A stretch of DNA of 64,000 nt from Candidatus Nomurabacteria bacterium. Its GTDB lineage: Bacteria > Patescibacteriota > Minisyncoccia > Phycocordibacterales > UBA9973. Shown in pieces: positions 1-9,134 of the stretch. The notes beneath the pieces were generated by a model, which saw nothing but the letters and a program-made list of their open reading frames with translations, was not told the origin of the DNA and did no database searches. Position 1 is the first letter of the stretch. Each line of letters starts with the position of its first letter. Location of the stretch: contig CAWJHU010000002.1 in assembly GCA_963842815.1 (NCBI GenBank), positions 44,513-108,512 of the forward strand, given 5' to 3'. A program made the position numbers and the translations under genes.

Positions 1-85
1 GAACTTCTGATTGAAACTAAAAAAACCAAAATAAAAAGCCCGATTAATATGCGGGCCAAATATTCAGCGAAAGCATAAAAATAAA

Positions 86-121
86 AATGGCCTTCCGTGT
101 GATTCCACACGGAAGGCCATT
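86..121 (-). terminator. Intrinsic terminator hairpin
   Basis: Perfect inverted repeat aatggccttccgtgtg/cacacggaaggccatt just beyond the stop of ORF 125..556(-), followed by a T-rich tract on the minus strand. Confidence 0.75.
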
Positions 122-124
122 AAA

Positions 125-556
125 CTAATCAGGTCGTGGAGCAATTATTATTGTTTCATAATCTTTGCCAAAGCGTTGATGGCCCCAGCTATGAAGAATA
201 ATAAACTTGAAAGTAGCGTTGTATTTAGCAATTGCTTGAGCAATTGTTTCTCCTTGAGTATCAACATCGTCCGGTTGTTCCTCGAGGGTCATATTCCGGG
301 CCCTATAAATAATGGATTCACCAAACCGGATGTCAATTTTTTCCAACTCGCCCTGTTCTCCCAAAACAAATAAATCATGTTCTTGAAACCCACAATGCAT
401 CGTGTGGTCCTCAAGGGTTTGAGGTTGTCTCAAAATAAATTTATGGTAATCCTCAACTTCAACTTCAATATTCAAGTAGAGATTTTGAAGTTTGAGATTC
501 TGAAGAAATGGGAATTTCTCAAGAGCTGCGTTATAAGTAAGAGTTTCTGTGGACAT
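125..556 (-). CDS. Hypothetical protein (143 aa)
   Basis: ORF with AGGAGG SD upstream (plus-strand cctcct near 565-570) and a terminator downstream; no recognisable motif. Confidence 0.7.
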   Translation of the reverse strand: MSTETLTYNAALEKFPFLQNLKLQNLYLNIEVEVEDYHKFILRQPQTLEDHTMHCGFQEHDLFVLGEQGELEKIDIRFGESIIYRARNMTLEEQPDDVDTQGETIAQAIAKYNATFKFIILHSWGHQRFGKDYETIIIAPRPD

Positions 557-659
557 GAATTTATCCTCCTTTTTAATTGATTGTCAAAATTATTTTTTAA
601 AAAAATAATCACAAATTTAATTATTAAAAGAATACCATTTTATATAGTAAAAGTCAATG

Positions 660-742
660 TGCGCCGGGTAGGATTCGAACCTACGTAGCCCGAAGGCGAC
701 AGATTTACAGTCTGTTGTAATTGACCACTCTACCACCGACGC
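660..742 (-). tRNA. tRNA-Tyr(GTA), CCA not encoded
   Basis: Reverse complement gives a gcgtcgg/ccggcgc acceptor stem, anticodon arm acaga-ctGTAaa-tctgt, a long variable arm and a GGTTCGAATCC T-loop. Confidence 0.95.
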
Positions 743-791
743 ATTCATACAAAATAACACAAAATATCTTTTTATGCTACAATTATATATT

Positions 792-1031
792 ATGAAGGTC
801 GGAAAAGTTACACATTATTACGACAAATTAGGAGTAGCCATTGTAAAACTCAAGGGTACTCTTAAAGTCGGCGATAGGGTAAAATTTGAAGGCCACGGTG
901 CTGATTTTGAACAGAATGTTGATTCAATTCAAATTGAGCATAAGCAAGTGGAAAAAGCTTCTTCCGGAAAAGTTGTCGGTCTCAAGACGGAAAAGAAAGT
1001 GAAAGAGGGAACTGAAGTTGAAAAGGTTTAA
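792..1031 (+). CDS. Small translation-elongation-factor-like beta-barrel protein (EF-Tu domain II / U32 C-terminal-like)
   Basis: VGKVTHYYDKLGVA...LKVGD...Q.VDSIQIEH..V..A..G..VGLK pattern; start placed at the ATG behind an extended -10. Confidence 0.7.
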   Translation: MKVGKVTHYYDKLGVAIVKLKGTLKVGDRVKFEGHGADFEQNVDSIQIEHKQVEKASSGKVVGLKTEKKVKEGTEVEKV

Positions 1032-1202
1032 CCCATAAACCCTATAATTTTTTAGTGTGGTTTTAGCCCAATACTAAACCACAATTGGTTTTTTGTTTTG
1101 TTTTCTTTAATGTACATTGACAAAACCATCATAACTTGTTATACTCTATTTTAAATAAACCATAAATCATAAATCTTTCTTTGAAATTTTAAGGAGTGGA
1201 AA

Positions 1203-1601
1203 ATGAAAACATTCTTTTGCATAATACTGCTGATAGCCAATTTTGTTCTTTTGGTGGGGATGATCGTTGGAATTACGAAAGAACACTCTGGATTTATTTC
1301 TATGCATTCTGTAAGCCAGTTGATTATTTTTACTGTGCTGGTGATATTGAGTATTATTTTTCTTCTCCTTGACATGGTTTTTCTTAGGAAAGAAATAAAA
1401 AAAGAAGACCAGTCTTTTTTGTGTAAAATTATTTTTTTTGGATTTATTTGTGTGATAATCTTTTTTTGTTTTATGGCAAGAGAAGTTTATCTTTTGGGTA
1501 AAGTGGATGAGGTTATCATCTTTACAATATCCGCAACAAGTATTTACATTTTTCTGAGGTCCGGTTTTCTTTTAACTTCGGAAAAATATTTTAAAAATTG
1601 A
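1203..1601 (+). CDS. Hypothetical membrane protein (about 4 TM)
   Basis: Four hydrophobic segments; AAGGAG SD upstream; hairpin-T terminator at about 1618-1643. Confidence 0.6.
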   Translation: MKTFFCIILLIANFVLLVGMIVGITKEHSGFISMHSVSQLIIFTVLVILSIIFLLLDMVFLRKEIKKEDQSFLCKIIFFGFICVIIFFCFMAREVYLLGKVDEVIIFTISATSIYIFLRSGFLLTSEKYFKN

Positions 1602-1711
1602 TAATTTATTATTTTACAGGCCGACAGCAAGTTGGCCTTTTTTATTTGTTATTTTGGAAAAAGTATGCTATTATTTATTTAATTAATTTCAGCCGAGAGG
1701 CTTTTTTGTTT

Positions 1712-3526
1712 ATGCAAATTAGAAATATCGCAATCATCGCCCACGTGGACCATGGCAAGACGACTTTGACGGATGCTCTGATGAAACAAAACGGGGGACT
1801 GCAGGATGAAAATATATCAATGGATTCAAACGCTCTGGAAAAAGAGCGGGGTATTACTATTTACTCCAAAAATACTTCCATCACTTACAAAGGGACCAAA
1901 ATAAACATAGTAGACACTCCAGGCCACGCGGATTTCGGCTCGGAAGTGGAGCGTGTTTTGCGAGCAGTGGATTCGGTGCTTTTGCTGGTGGATGCGGTGG
2001 AAGGACCGATGCCTCAAACCAGATTTGTTCTGAAAAAATCTCTTGAATTGGGCATCAAGCCCATAGTGGTCATAAATAAGATAGACAAACCGGCCTCGGA
2101 CCCGCATCGGGTGCACGAAGAAGTTCTGGATTTATTTTTTGAATTGGGGGCCAATGAAGAGCAAGCGAATTTTGAGACAGTTTATGCTATCGGGCGCGAA
2201 GGAAAAGCATTTAAACATTTGGGAGATAAATCAGCCGATCTTTCTCCACTCTTGGATGTAATATTGAAATTCGTACCCTCGGCTTCCGTGAATAAAACCG
2301 GCAAAATGTCCGCCCAGGTTTTCAATCTCGCCTATGATAATTTTTTGGGTCGCATGGCCATAGCCCGAATTTATTCCGGGAAAATGTCTTCCGGAAGCCA
2401 GGTTTGCGTAAAAGGAGAAAAGGAAAACAGAACCGGGAAAATCACCAAGCTTTTCACTTTTGAAGGAATCAATAGAAAAGAAGTTTCTACGGCGACATCG
2501 GGCGATATTGTTCTCATTGCCGGGATATCGGATATTTATATCGGAGAAACTATTTGCGAAGATGAAAGCGTGGAACAACTGCCCCACATCGCCATTGATG
2601 AACCGACTTTGTCTCTTAATTTTTTGGTAAACGATTCTCCCTTTGCCGGCCGGGAAGGAAAATTTGTCACTTCCAGACAGATAAAAGAAAGATTGGAAAA
2701 AGAATTGGAAGTAAACGTCGGACTGAAAGTTGATTTTTCTCCGGACCAGGGCGATAAAATGGGACCAAGCTTTTTCAAAATTTATGGAAGAGGAGAATTG
2801 CACGTTGCCATTTTGCTGGAAAATATGCGCCGGGAAGGGTTTGAGATGCAGGTTTCCCAGCCGGAAGTTATTATAAAAGAAAAAGATGGCGTTAAAACAG
2901 AGCCCTATGAAGAGTTGGTAATTGATGTTCCCATGGAATTTTCCGGCACGGTCATAGAAAAAATCAATAAGCGAAAAGGATTGATGAAAGATATGACAGA
3001 GAAACACAATATTGCCAGAGTTATTTTTGATATACCGACCCGCGGACTTTTGGGTTATCGGGGAGAATTTATCATAGACACCAAAGGGGAAGGCATTATG
3101 TCTTCACGGGTTACCGGTTTCAGAGAATATGCTGGGGAAATAAAAAAACGCGAATATGGTTCTATGGTTTCCATGACTCCGGGCAAGGCCGTAGCCTTTG
3201 CTATTGCAAATTTACAGCAACGTGGTATAATGTATATTGAGCACGGTACGGAGGTTTACGAAGGCATGGTTGTCGGCAATGTCCTGAAAGGAGACGATAT
3301 GTCCGTGAATCCCACCAAAGGAAAACAGCTCAGCAATATGAGGGCTTCCGGCACCGATGAAGCCATTTACTTAAATCCGCCCTTCATTTTGAGTATTGAG
3401 CGGGGATTGGAAGTGATGAATGCCGACGAGTATTTGGAAATTACTCCCAAGTCGGTTAGAATTCGTAAAAAATTCTTGACTGAACTGGACAGGGTAAAAG
3501 CCGAAAGAAAGAAAATGAAAACGTAG
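1712..3526 (+). CDS. typA: Translational GTPase TypA/BipA
   Basis: [52 protein letters not shown]. Confidence 0.97.
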   Translation: MQIRNIAIIAHVDHGKTTLTDALMKQNGGLQDENISMDSNALEKERGITIYSKNTSITYKGTKINIVDTPGHADFGSEVERVLRAVDSVLLLVDAVEGPMPQTRFVLKKSLELGIKPIVVINKIDKPASDPHRVHEEVLDLFFELGANEEQANFETVYAIGREGKAFKHLGDKSADLSPLLDVILKFVPSASVNKTGKMSAQVFNLAYDNFLGRMAIARIYSGKMSSGSQVCVKGEKENRTGKITKLFTFEGINRKEVSTATSGDIVLIAGISDIYIGETICEDESVEQLPHIAIDEPTLSLNFLVNDSPFAGREGKFVTSRQIKERLEKELEVNVGLKVDFSPDQGDKMGPSFFKIYGRGELHVAILLENMRREGFEMQVSQPEVIIKEKDGVKTEPYEELVIDVPMEFSGTVIEKINKRKGLMKDMTEKHNIARVIFDIPTRGLLGYRGEFIIDTKGEGIMSSRVTGFREYAGEIKKREYGSMVSMTPGKAVAFAIANLQQRGIMYIEHGTEVYEGMVVGNVLKGDDMSVNPTKGKQLSNMRASGTDEAIYLNPPFILSIERGLEVMNADEYLEITPKSVRIRKKFLTELDRVKAERKKMKT

Positions 3527-3606
3527 TTGACATTAAGTTAACATAGGTGTATTATGAAAATATAGAGTTTAACACTTTAATTAATAGAAAATTATTTTAT
3601 AAAATC

Positions 3607-4635
3607 ATGTCCACAATATCATTCAAACCAAAGCAAGTCACCAAAAAAATAACTGCCCACCTTCAAGACCGCACTCGCGATGTCATTATGAATCGTTTTG
3701 GTTTGACTGTTGACGCCGAAAGGAAAACCCTTGAGGAAATAGGCAAAAAATACAATATTACCAGGGAGCGCGTCCGTCAAATTGAGGATGCAGCCTTGGC
3801 TTTAATCAAGAAATCTTCCGCCTACAAAGAGCACCAGGCGGTTTTTGACGAGCTGAAGCAGTTGATACATTCTTTGGGTTCCATTGTCGCCGAAAGCGAT
3901 CTTCTGGCTCACATTTCAAAAGATAAAAATACACAAAACCATATTCATTTTTATTTGGAGTTGGGAGACTTTTTCAAAAAACACCGCGAAGACGAATATT
4001 TTAAAACTCGCTGGAGTGTGGATGATGTGATGGCTGAAAAGGTGCATGATTCTTTAAAGAAACTTTATGCAAGTTTGAAAGACGAAGACCTTGTTTTGGA
4101 AACGGAAATGGTTAAAAAATTCCTTGACCAAATGAAAGATGTGGCGGAACAATACAAAAATGAAGAAATAGCTCGAAGATGGCTTTCCATTTCTAAAACT
4201 ATTTCCAAGAACCCGCTGGGCGAATGGGGTAAGACGAGTTCTCCGAATGTCCATACTCGCGGAGTGAAAGACTATGCTTTTTTGGTTATGAGAAAACATG
4301 GTTCGCCGATGCATTTCAGGGAAGTGGCGGATGCGATTTCAAAAACTTTCGGCCGAAAGACGCACTATGCCACTTGTCATAACGAGCTTATAAAAGATCC
4401 TCGCTTTGTTCTAGTCGGCCGTGGACTTTATGCCTTAGCTGAATGGGGATACAAGACGGGCATTGCCCGAGAAGTTATCCGAGATATTCTGAAGCGAGAA
4501 GGCCCGCTTTCAAAAGATGCCGTAGTGGAAAAAGTGATGAAAGAAAGATATTTCAAAAAGAATACTATTTTGGTAAATCTAGCAAATCCGAAATATTTCA
4601 AGAAAAACAAAAGCGGACTTTATACTTTGATTTAA
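3607..4635 (+). CDS. Sigma-70 region-4 HTH protein with C-terminal winged-HTH (HARE-HTH-like) domain
   Basis: N-terminal RFGL...TLEEIGKKYNITRERVRQIE; C-terminal PMHFREVA...HNELIKDPRFVLVGRGLYALAEWGY; no sigma region 2 visible. Confidence 0.75.
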   Translation: MSTISFKPKQVTKKITAHLQDRTRDVIMNRFGLTVDAERKTLEEIGKKYNITRERVRQIEDAALALIKKSSAYKEHQAVFDELKQLIHSLGSIVAESDLLAHISKDKNTQNHIHFYLELGDFFKKHREDEYFKTRWSVDDVMAEKVHDSLKKLYASLKDEDLVLETEMVKKFLDQMKDVAEQYKNEEIARRWLSISKTISKNPLGEWGKTSSPNVHTRGVKDYAFLVMRKHGSPMHFREVADAISKTFGRKTHYATCHNELIKDPRFVLVGRGLYALAEWGYKTGIAREVIRDILKREGPLSKDAVVEKVMKERYFKKNTILVNLANPKYFKKNKSGLYTLI

Positions 4636-4647
4636 ATTTAAACGAAC

Positions 4648-4678
4648 AAAACGACCAGACAAAATCTGGTCGTTTTTT
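4648..4678 (+). terminator. Intrinsic terminator
   Basis: aaaacgaccaga-caaaa-tctggtcgtttttt. Confidence 0.75.
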
Positions 4679-4716
4679 GATTTACTTTATTTGCTTTTTA
4701 TATTAAAATATAAGCA

Positions 4717-6009
4717 ATGATAGATTTGGTAATCTTTTGGCTTTACAAAATATTCCTTTTCGGGTTTTTGCCTATTGCCAGTGTGGCAATATTGGCCCGC
4801 CTCGCTTTCTTTTTTTGGGTTCACTACGTGAATACGGATTTTATTTCCGGCATTGAATGGGTTTTGCTTGAGATAATTCCTCCGCGGGACGTTCTGAGAT
4901 CTCCCAAAGCAATGGAACTTTTTATAACCAATGCCCTTTATCATTTCAGTTACAAAGGAGGACTTGAAACATATTGGCAAGGAGCGGTTTGGTTTTGGTT
5001 TTCTTTGGAAATAGTTTCCATTGACGGGCAAGTGCATTTTTATATACGCACACCTTCGCGCGTAAAAGAATTGATTGAAACTCAGATGTATGCCCAATTT
5101 CCTCAAGCACAAGTAAAAGTGGTGGAAGACTACACTCTGGCTGTCGATAAAATTGCCCCTAATAGTGTTTGGGACCTATGGGGATGTGAATTTAAATTAA
5201 CGAAACTTGATGCTTATCCTATTAAAACTTACATTGATTTTGGTTTAGATAAAGACCAAAAAGAAGAATATAAAATTGACCCCATTTCTCCGGTGATAGA
5301 ACTTTTTGGTTCCATAGGCAGAGGAGAACAAATGTGGATGCAAATTATCGTTACTCCTTCCAAAAAAGAATATCCCGAACACGCGCATTTTTGGCAAAAA
5401 ACCCATGATTGGATAAAAGAAGCTGACTTAGAAATGAAAAGATTGTTGGGTGAATTTACTCGTCAACAAGATAAAATAGAAGGAACATTTGCTAGAGCTC
5501 CTGATTATATAAGACCTTTAATAGATGGAACCAGTAAAAAAATGTTGAAAGTCGGTTTTGATACGGGGATTAGAGTATGCTATGTCGCAAAAAGAGAAGC
5601 CTTTAATGCGAACAACAAAAGAAATATGCGCTTAATTTTTCGTCAATATTCTGCCCCTTTTGTAAACGAGCTTACCCGCATAAACTCAACTCAGGCAGAT
5701 GCTTTTAGTGTGAACTTTTTTGCTTCTTTTTTTCCACTATCTAAGAAAAAAGTTATGCGCTTGTCGGACAGGATGCTTGAAGAGTACAGGGAACGGGAAT
5801 TTTTTCATCCGCCCATATATCACAGCATACACTTGCCTTGGCCTATTTCACCTATTATCTTTCCCAACTTTTTTCATCATCATATTAATGTTTTAAACAG
5901 CGAAGAATTGGCAACTCTTTGGCATTTCCCTGGCCAGATATTAAAAGTGCCTACTCTGGAACGCATAGAATCAAAAGAAGCTTCTCCTCCTACCAATTTG
6001 CCGACATAA
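4717..6009 (+). CDS. Membrane-anchored conserved hypothetical protein (CPR type)
   Basis: N-terminal TM; LLEI.PP....RSPKAME, FSLEIVS.DGQVHFYI and LNSEELATLWHFP motifs, recalled from CPR proteins often linked to VirD4-like ATPases. Confidence 0.7.
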   Translation: MIDLVIFWLYKIFLFGFLPIASVAILARLAFFFWVHYVNTDFISGIEWVLLEIIPPRDVLRSPKAMELFITNALYHFSYKGGLETYWQGAVWFWFSLEIVSIDGQVHFYIRTPSRVKELIETQMYAQFPQAQVKVVEDYTLAVDKIAPNSVWDLWGCEFKLTKLDAYPIKTYIDFGLDKDQKEEYKIDPISPVIELFGSIGRGEQMWMQIIVTPSKKEYPEHAHFWQKTHDWIKEADLEMKRLLGEFTRQQDKIEGTFARAPDYIRPLIDGTSKKMLKVGFDTGIRVCYVAKREAFNANNKRNMRLIFRQYSAPFVNELTRINSTQADAFSVNFFASFFPLSKKKVMRLSDRMLEEYREREFFHPPIYHSIHLPWPISPIIFPNFFHHHINVLNSEELATLWHFPGQILKVPTLERIESKEASPPTNLPT

Positions 6010-6012
6010 TTT

Positions 6013-6906
6013 ATGGAAAATTTTTATTTGCCCAAAAAAGTTATTTTTTATGTTGCGGGGGCAATTATATTTTTAGTATTTTTTTATTTTCTATTTTTAA
6101 GCGCTCCGAACAATTTTCCGGTCGGAACCGTGATAAATATAAAAGATGGTTCAAGTTTGAAATATGTTGCAAAATATTTTGAAGAAAGTCATATTATTCG
6201 TTCAAAGATTGTTTTTGAAACTTTTGCCGTAATCCTGGGAGGGGAGAGAAATATAATATCCGGAGACTATTTATTTGAAAAAAAATTGCCTATTTTTGAA
6301 ATTGCTTGGCGTGTTGCCAGGGGCGAACGCCACTTGGCGCCGGTCAAAGTGACCATTCCGGAAGGTTTTAATGTATCCGACATTGCCAAAGCTTTTGCTC
6401 TTAAATTGACCAATTTCAAGGAAGCTAAATTTTTATCGGAGGCAACCGTCCAGGAAGGATGTCTATTCCCGGATACTTATTTTTTCTTAACTACGGACAA
6501 TGAAGAGAATGTTTTGCAAGCCATGAGCGATAATTTCCAGAAAAAAATTTTTTCACTTCTACCTCAAATAACATCTTCCGGCAGAACTGAAAAAGAAATC
6601 ATAATTATGGCTTCTCTCATTGAAAAAGAAGCGGAAGGAGATGCTGATAGGGAATTTATTTCTGGAATTTTATGGAAAAGAATTGCTCTGAATATGCCTC
6701 TCCAGGTGAATGCCGACCTTGCCACCTATAAAACCAAAGGATTGCCCGAAAGTCCGATTTGCAATCCTGGATTGAAAGCCATAGAGGCTGCCATTCATCC
6801 AAAAACTTCCAGCTATCTTTATTATTTGCATGACAAAAATGGTAATATTCATTATGCTTCAACTTTTGCGGGTCATATATTAAACGAACAAAAATATTTA
6901 AAATGA
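6013..6906 (+). CDS. mltG: Endolytic transglycosylase MltG (YceG family)
   Basis: VTIPEG, EG.LFPDTY, IIMASLIEKE, GLP.SPICNPG..AI.AA, YLYYLHD. Confidence 0.9.
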   Translation: MENFYLPKKVIFYVAGAIIFLVFFYFLFLSAPNNFPVGTVINIKDGSSLKYVAKYFEESHIIRSKIVFETFAVILGGERNIISGDYLFEKKLPIFEIAWRVARGERHLAPVKVTIPEGFNVSDIAKAFALKLTNFKEAKFLSEATVQEGCLFPDTYFFLTTDNEENVLQAMSDNFQKKIFSLLPQITSSGRTEKEIIIMASLIEKEAEGDADREFISGILWKRIALNMPLQVNADLATYKTKGLPESPICNPGLKAIEAAIHPKTSSYLYYLHDKNGNIHYASTFAGHILNEQKYLK

Positions 6907-7430
6907 GAAAACACAATTTAGCCTTCATTGACATAGAAGCCACCGGACTCGATATGATAAAAAACGAGATTATTGAGATCGGTTGTGTTGTAACGACACC
7001 CAAACTCAAGGTAATTAAAAAATTTGAACTGAAAATAAAACCGGAACACATAGAAAATGCCAATCCTGTGTCTTTAAAAATAAATCATTATGACCCGGCA
7101 AAATGGAAATCGGCTTATGCTCTGGTAGAAGCGATGAAAATTTTTAGCAAGAAAGTAAAAGATTGCACCATGGTCGGGCAAAATATTTCTTTTGATTCTG
7201 CCTTTTTGGAAAATGCTTTTTTAAAAACTGAAATAAAAAATCCCATGCACTATCACAAATTTGATACGCTTTCCATCGCCTGGGCGAAACTTCATAAAAA
7301 AACCAGCATCACCCACCTCTCTCTGCGTGAACTATGCAAATATTTTGGTATAAAAAACGAAAATCCACATAGCGCACTTTCAGACGCCTATGCAACTTAT
7401 GAGCTTTACAAAAAATTGATGAGCTTGTAA
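6903..7430 (+). CDS. DEDDh 3'-5' exonuclease (DnaQ-like)
   Basis: FIDIEATGL, EIIEIG, N.SFD..FL, H.ALSDA. Confidence 0.9.
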   Translation: MRKHNLAFIDIEATGLDMIKNEIIEIGCVVTTPKLKVIKKFELKIKPEHIENANPVSLKINHYDPAKWKSAYALVEAMKIFSKKVKDCTMVGQNISFDSAFLENAFLKTEIKNPMHYHKFDTLSIAWAKLHKKTSITHLSLRELCKYFGIKNENPHSALSDAYATYELYKKLMSL

Positions 7431-7439
7431 GGTTTATTT

Positions 7440-8636
7440 ATGAAGAAAAAAACAGTGTTTGTCGGACTTTCGGGTGGAGTTGATTCTGCCGTGAGTGCCG
7501 CTATTCTAAAAAAACAAGGCTATGAAGTTGTTGGCGTTTTCATCCGCACATGGCATCCGGATTTTTTGGTTTGCAATGAAGAAGAAGAGCGCCGCGACGC
7601 GATGCGCGTCGCGGCGCATTTGGATATTCCATTTTTAACTTTTGATTTTGAAAAAATTTATAAAAAAGAAGTGGCGGATTATATGATTGCCGAATATAAG
7701 GCTGGCAGAACGCCTAATCCGGATGTAATGTGCAACAAACATATTAAATTCGGCGCATTTCTCAAAAAAGCCATTTTCATGGGGGCTGATTTTGTGGCGA
7801 CAGGACATTATGCGCAAAATAAAAAGCAGATGCTTTTTCACGGCTCGCACTCGAACCTGAATGTGGTTCACGAATCTGATATTGCGTATGCCGAAAAAAG
7901 CACTGCTTTGCATTTAGCGAAAGGGATTGATCCTTCAAAAGATCAAAGTTATTTCCTTTGGACTTTAAAGCAAGAACAGCTAAAGAAAATTTTGTTTCCT
8001 ATCGGTCACCTTAAAAAAACCGAAGTCCGCAAACTGGCCAAGAAATTCAATTTGCCGGTTGCTCAGAAAAAAGACAGTCAAGGAATTTGTTTCCTAGGCG
8101 CGGTAGATCTGAAAGAATTTCTGAAACACTACATTAAAGAAAAAAAAGGGAAAGTAATAAATGAAAAAGGGGAAGAAATAGGATTACACGACGGAGTAGT
8201 TTTTCACACATTGGGAGAACGTCATGGTTTTACCATTACCCAAAAAAGTCCAAATGACGGAGCTTATTATATAGTTGGGAAAGATGCGAAGAAAAATATT
8301 TTAGTAGTATCACAGAACCCAGAGCAGCTGCTTTTTCACGGCTCGCACTCGAACCTGGATGCGGTTCACGAAACTAATATTGCGTATGCCGAAAAAAGCA
8401 CTGCTTTGTGTTCTGTAAAAATTAAAGACACAAACTGGATTTCTGAAATTCCTAAACCCGATAAAAATTATACCGCTCAGATCCGTTATCACAGTGAATT
8501 TTTACCTTGCAAAATTAAAATTATTAATAAAGCAAAAGCCAAAATATTACTTGGAAAACCGGTCCTAGTGGCTCCCGGTCAGTCCTGCGTTATTTATAAT
8601 AAAGATATTTGTTTAGGCGGAGGAGTTGTTATATAA
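7440..8636 (+). CDS. mnmA: tRNA-specific 2-thiouridylase MnmA with two in-frame ~29-aa repeat insertions
   Basis: SGGVDS, TPNPDVMCN..IKFG, ATGHYA, KDQSYFL, KKDSQGICF, PGQ..V.Y...CLGGG. Confidence 0.96.
   Translation: MKKKTVFVGLSGGVDSAVSAAILKKQGYEVVGVFIRTWHPDFLVCNEEEERRDAMRVAAHLDIPFLTFDFEKIYKKEVADYMIAEYKAGRTPNPDVMCNKHIKFGAFLKKAIFMGADFVATGHYAQNKKQMLFHGSHSNLNVVHESDIAYAEKSTALHLAKGIDPSKDQSYFLWTLKQEQLKKILFPIGHLKKTEVRKLAKKFNLPVAQKKDSQGICFLGAVDLKEFLKHYIKEKKGKVINEKGEEIGLHDGVVFHTLGERHGFTITQKSPNDGAYYIVGKDAKKNILVVSQNPEQLLFHGSHSNLDAVHETNIAYAEKSTALCSVKIKDTNWISEIPKPDKNYTAQIRYHSEFLPCKIKIINKAKAKILLGKPVLVAPGQSCVIYNKDICLGGGVVI
7823..7909 (+). repeat. 87-nt hairpin element, copy 1 (in frame in mnmA)
   Basis: 81/87 identical to 8321-8407; imperfect terminal inverted repeats aaagcagatgctttttcacggc / gccgaaaaaagcactgcttt. 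Confidence 0.9.
8321..8407 (+). repeat. 87-nt hairpin element, copy 2 (in frame in mnmA)
   Basis: Direct repeat of 7823-7909, encoding EQLLFHGSHSNLDAVHETNIAYAEKSTAL. Confidence 0.9.
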
Positions 8637-8643
8637 TGAATTG

Positions 8644-9120
8644 ATGGAACAATTTTTTACGCAAAACGGGGATATTATTTTAAAATTAATTCTTGCGGTT
8701 GTGTTGGGTATGGTTATCGGAGCGGAACGTCTTTTGGTGCACAAAGAAGCTGGCATGAAGACGCACGCCCTGGTGGCCATGGGGGCAGCTGTTTTTGTTT
8801 TATTTTCCGAGGCAATGACAGTGAAATATATAAACGTTCCGGGATTTAATCCGGGCATAATTCCTGCTCAAATAATAGTGGGTATAGGATTCCTGGGCGC
8901 TGGTTTGATAATACTTCAGGGTAATAGACTTTTGGGTCTTACCACAGCCGGAGGACTTTGGGTTACAGCTGGCATAGGTATGGCCTGTGGCTTGGGGCTT
9001 TTTGATTTAGCCATTATTTCCACCGTTCTGGTTCTTTTGATTTTTATTTTGCTTAATATATTTGAAAAACCGATTAGAAAAATTTCAGATGAGAATGGAG
9101 ATCTGGGCAATAAAATTTAA
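8644..9120 (+). CDS. MgtC/SapB family membrane protein
   Basis: LG..IG.ER....K.AGMKTHALV, QII.GIGFLGAG.I, GLTTA..LW.TAGIG. Confidence 0.9.
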   Translation: MEQFFTQNGDIILKLILAVVLGMVIGAERLLVHKEAGMKTHALVAMGAAVFVLFSEAMTVKYINVPGFNPGIIPAQIIVGIGFLGAGLIILQGNRLLGLTTAGGLWVTAGIGMACGLGLFDLAIISTVLVLLIFILLNIFEKPIRKISDENGDLGNKI

Positions 9121-9134
9121 GGCAATTATTTTAT

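Noticed and set aside
125-742. Integrated element at tRNA-Tyr
   Set aside because: An ORFan lies downstream of the tRNA 3' end, but no integrase or duplicated tRNA end is visible; the window edge prevents a test.
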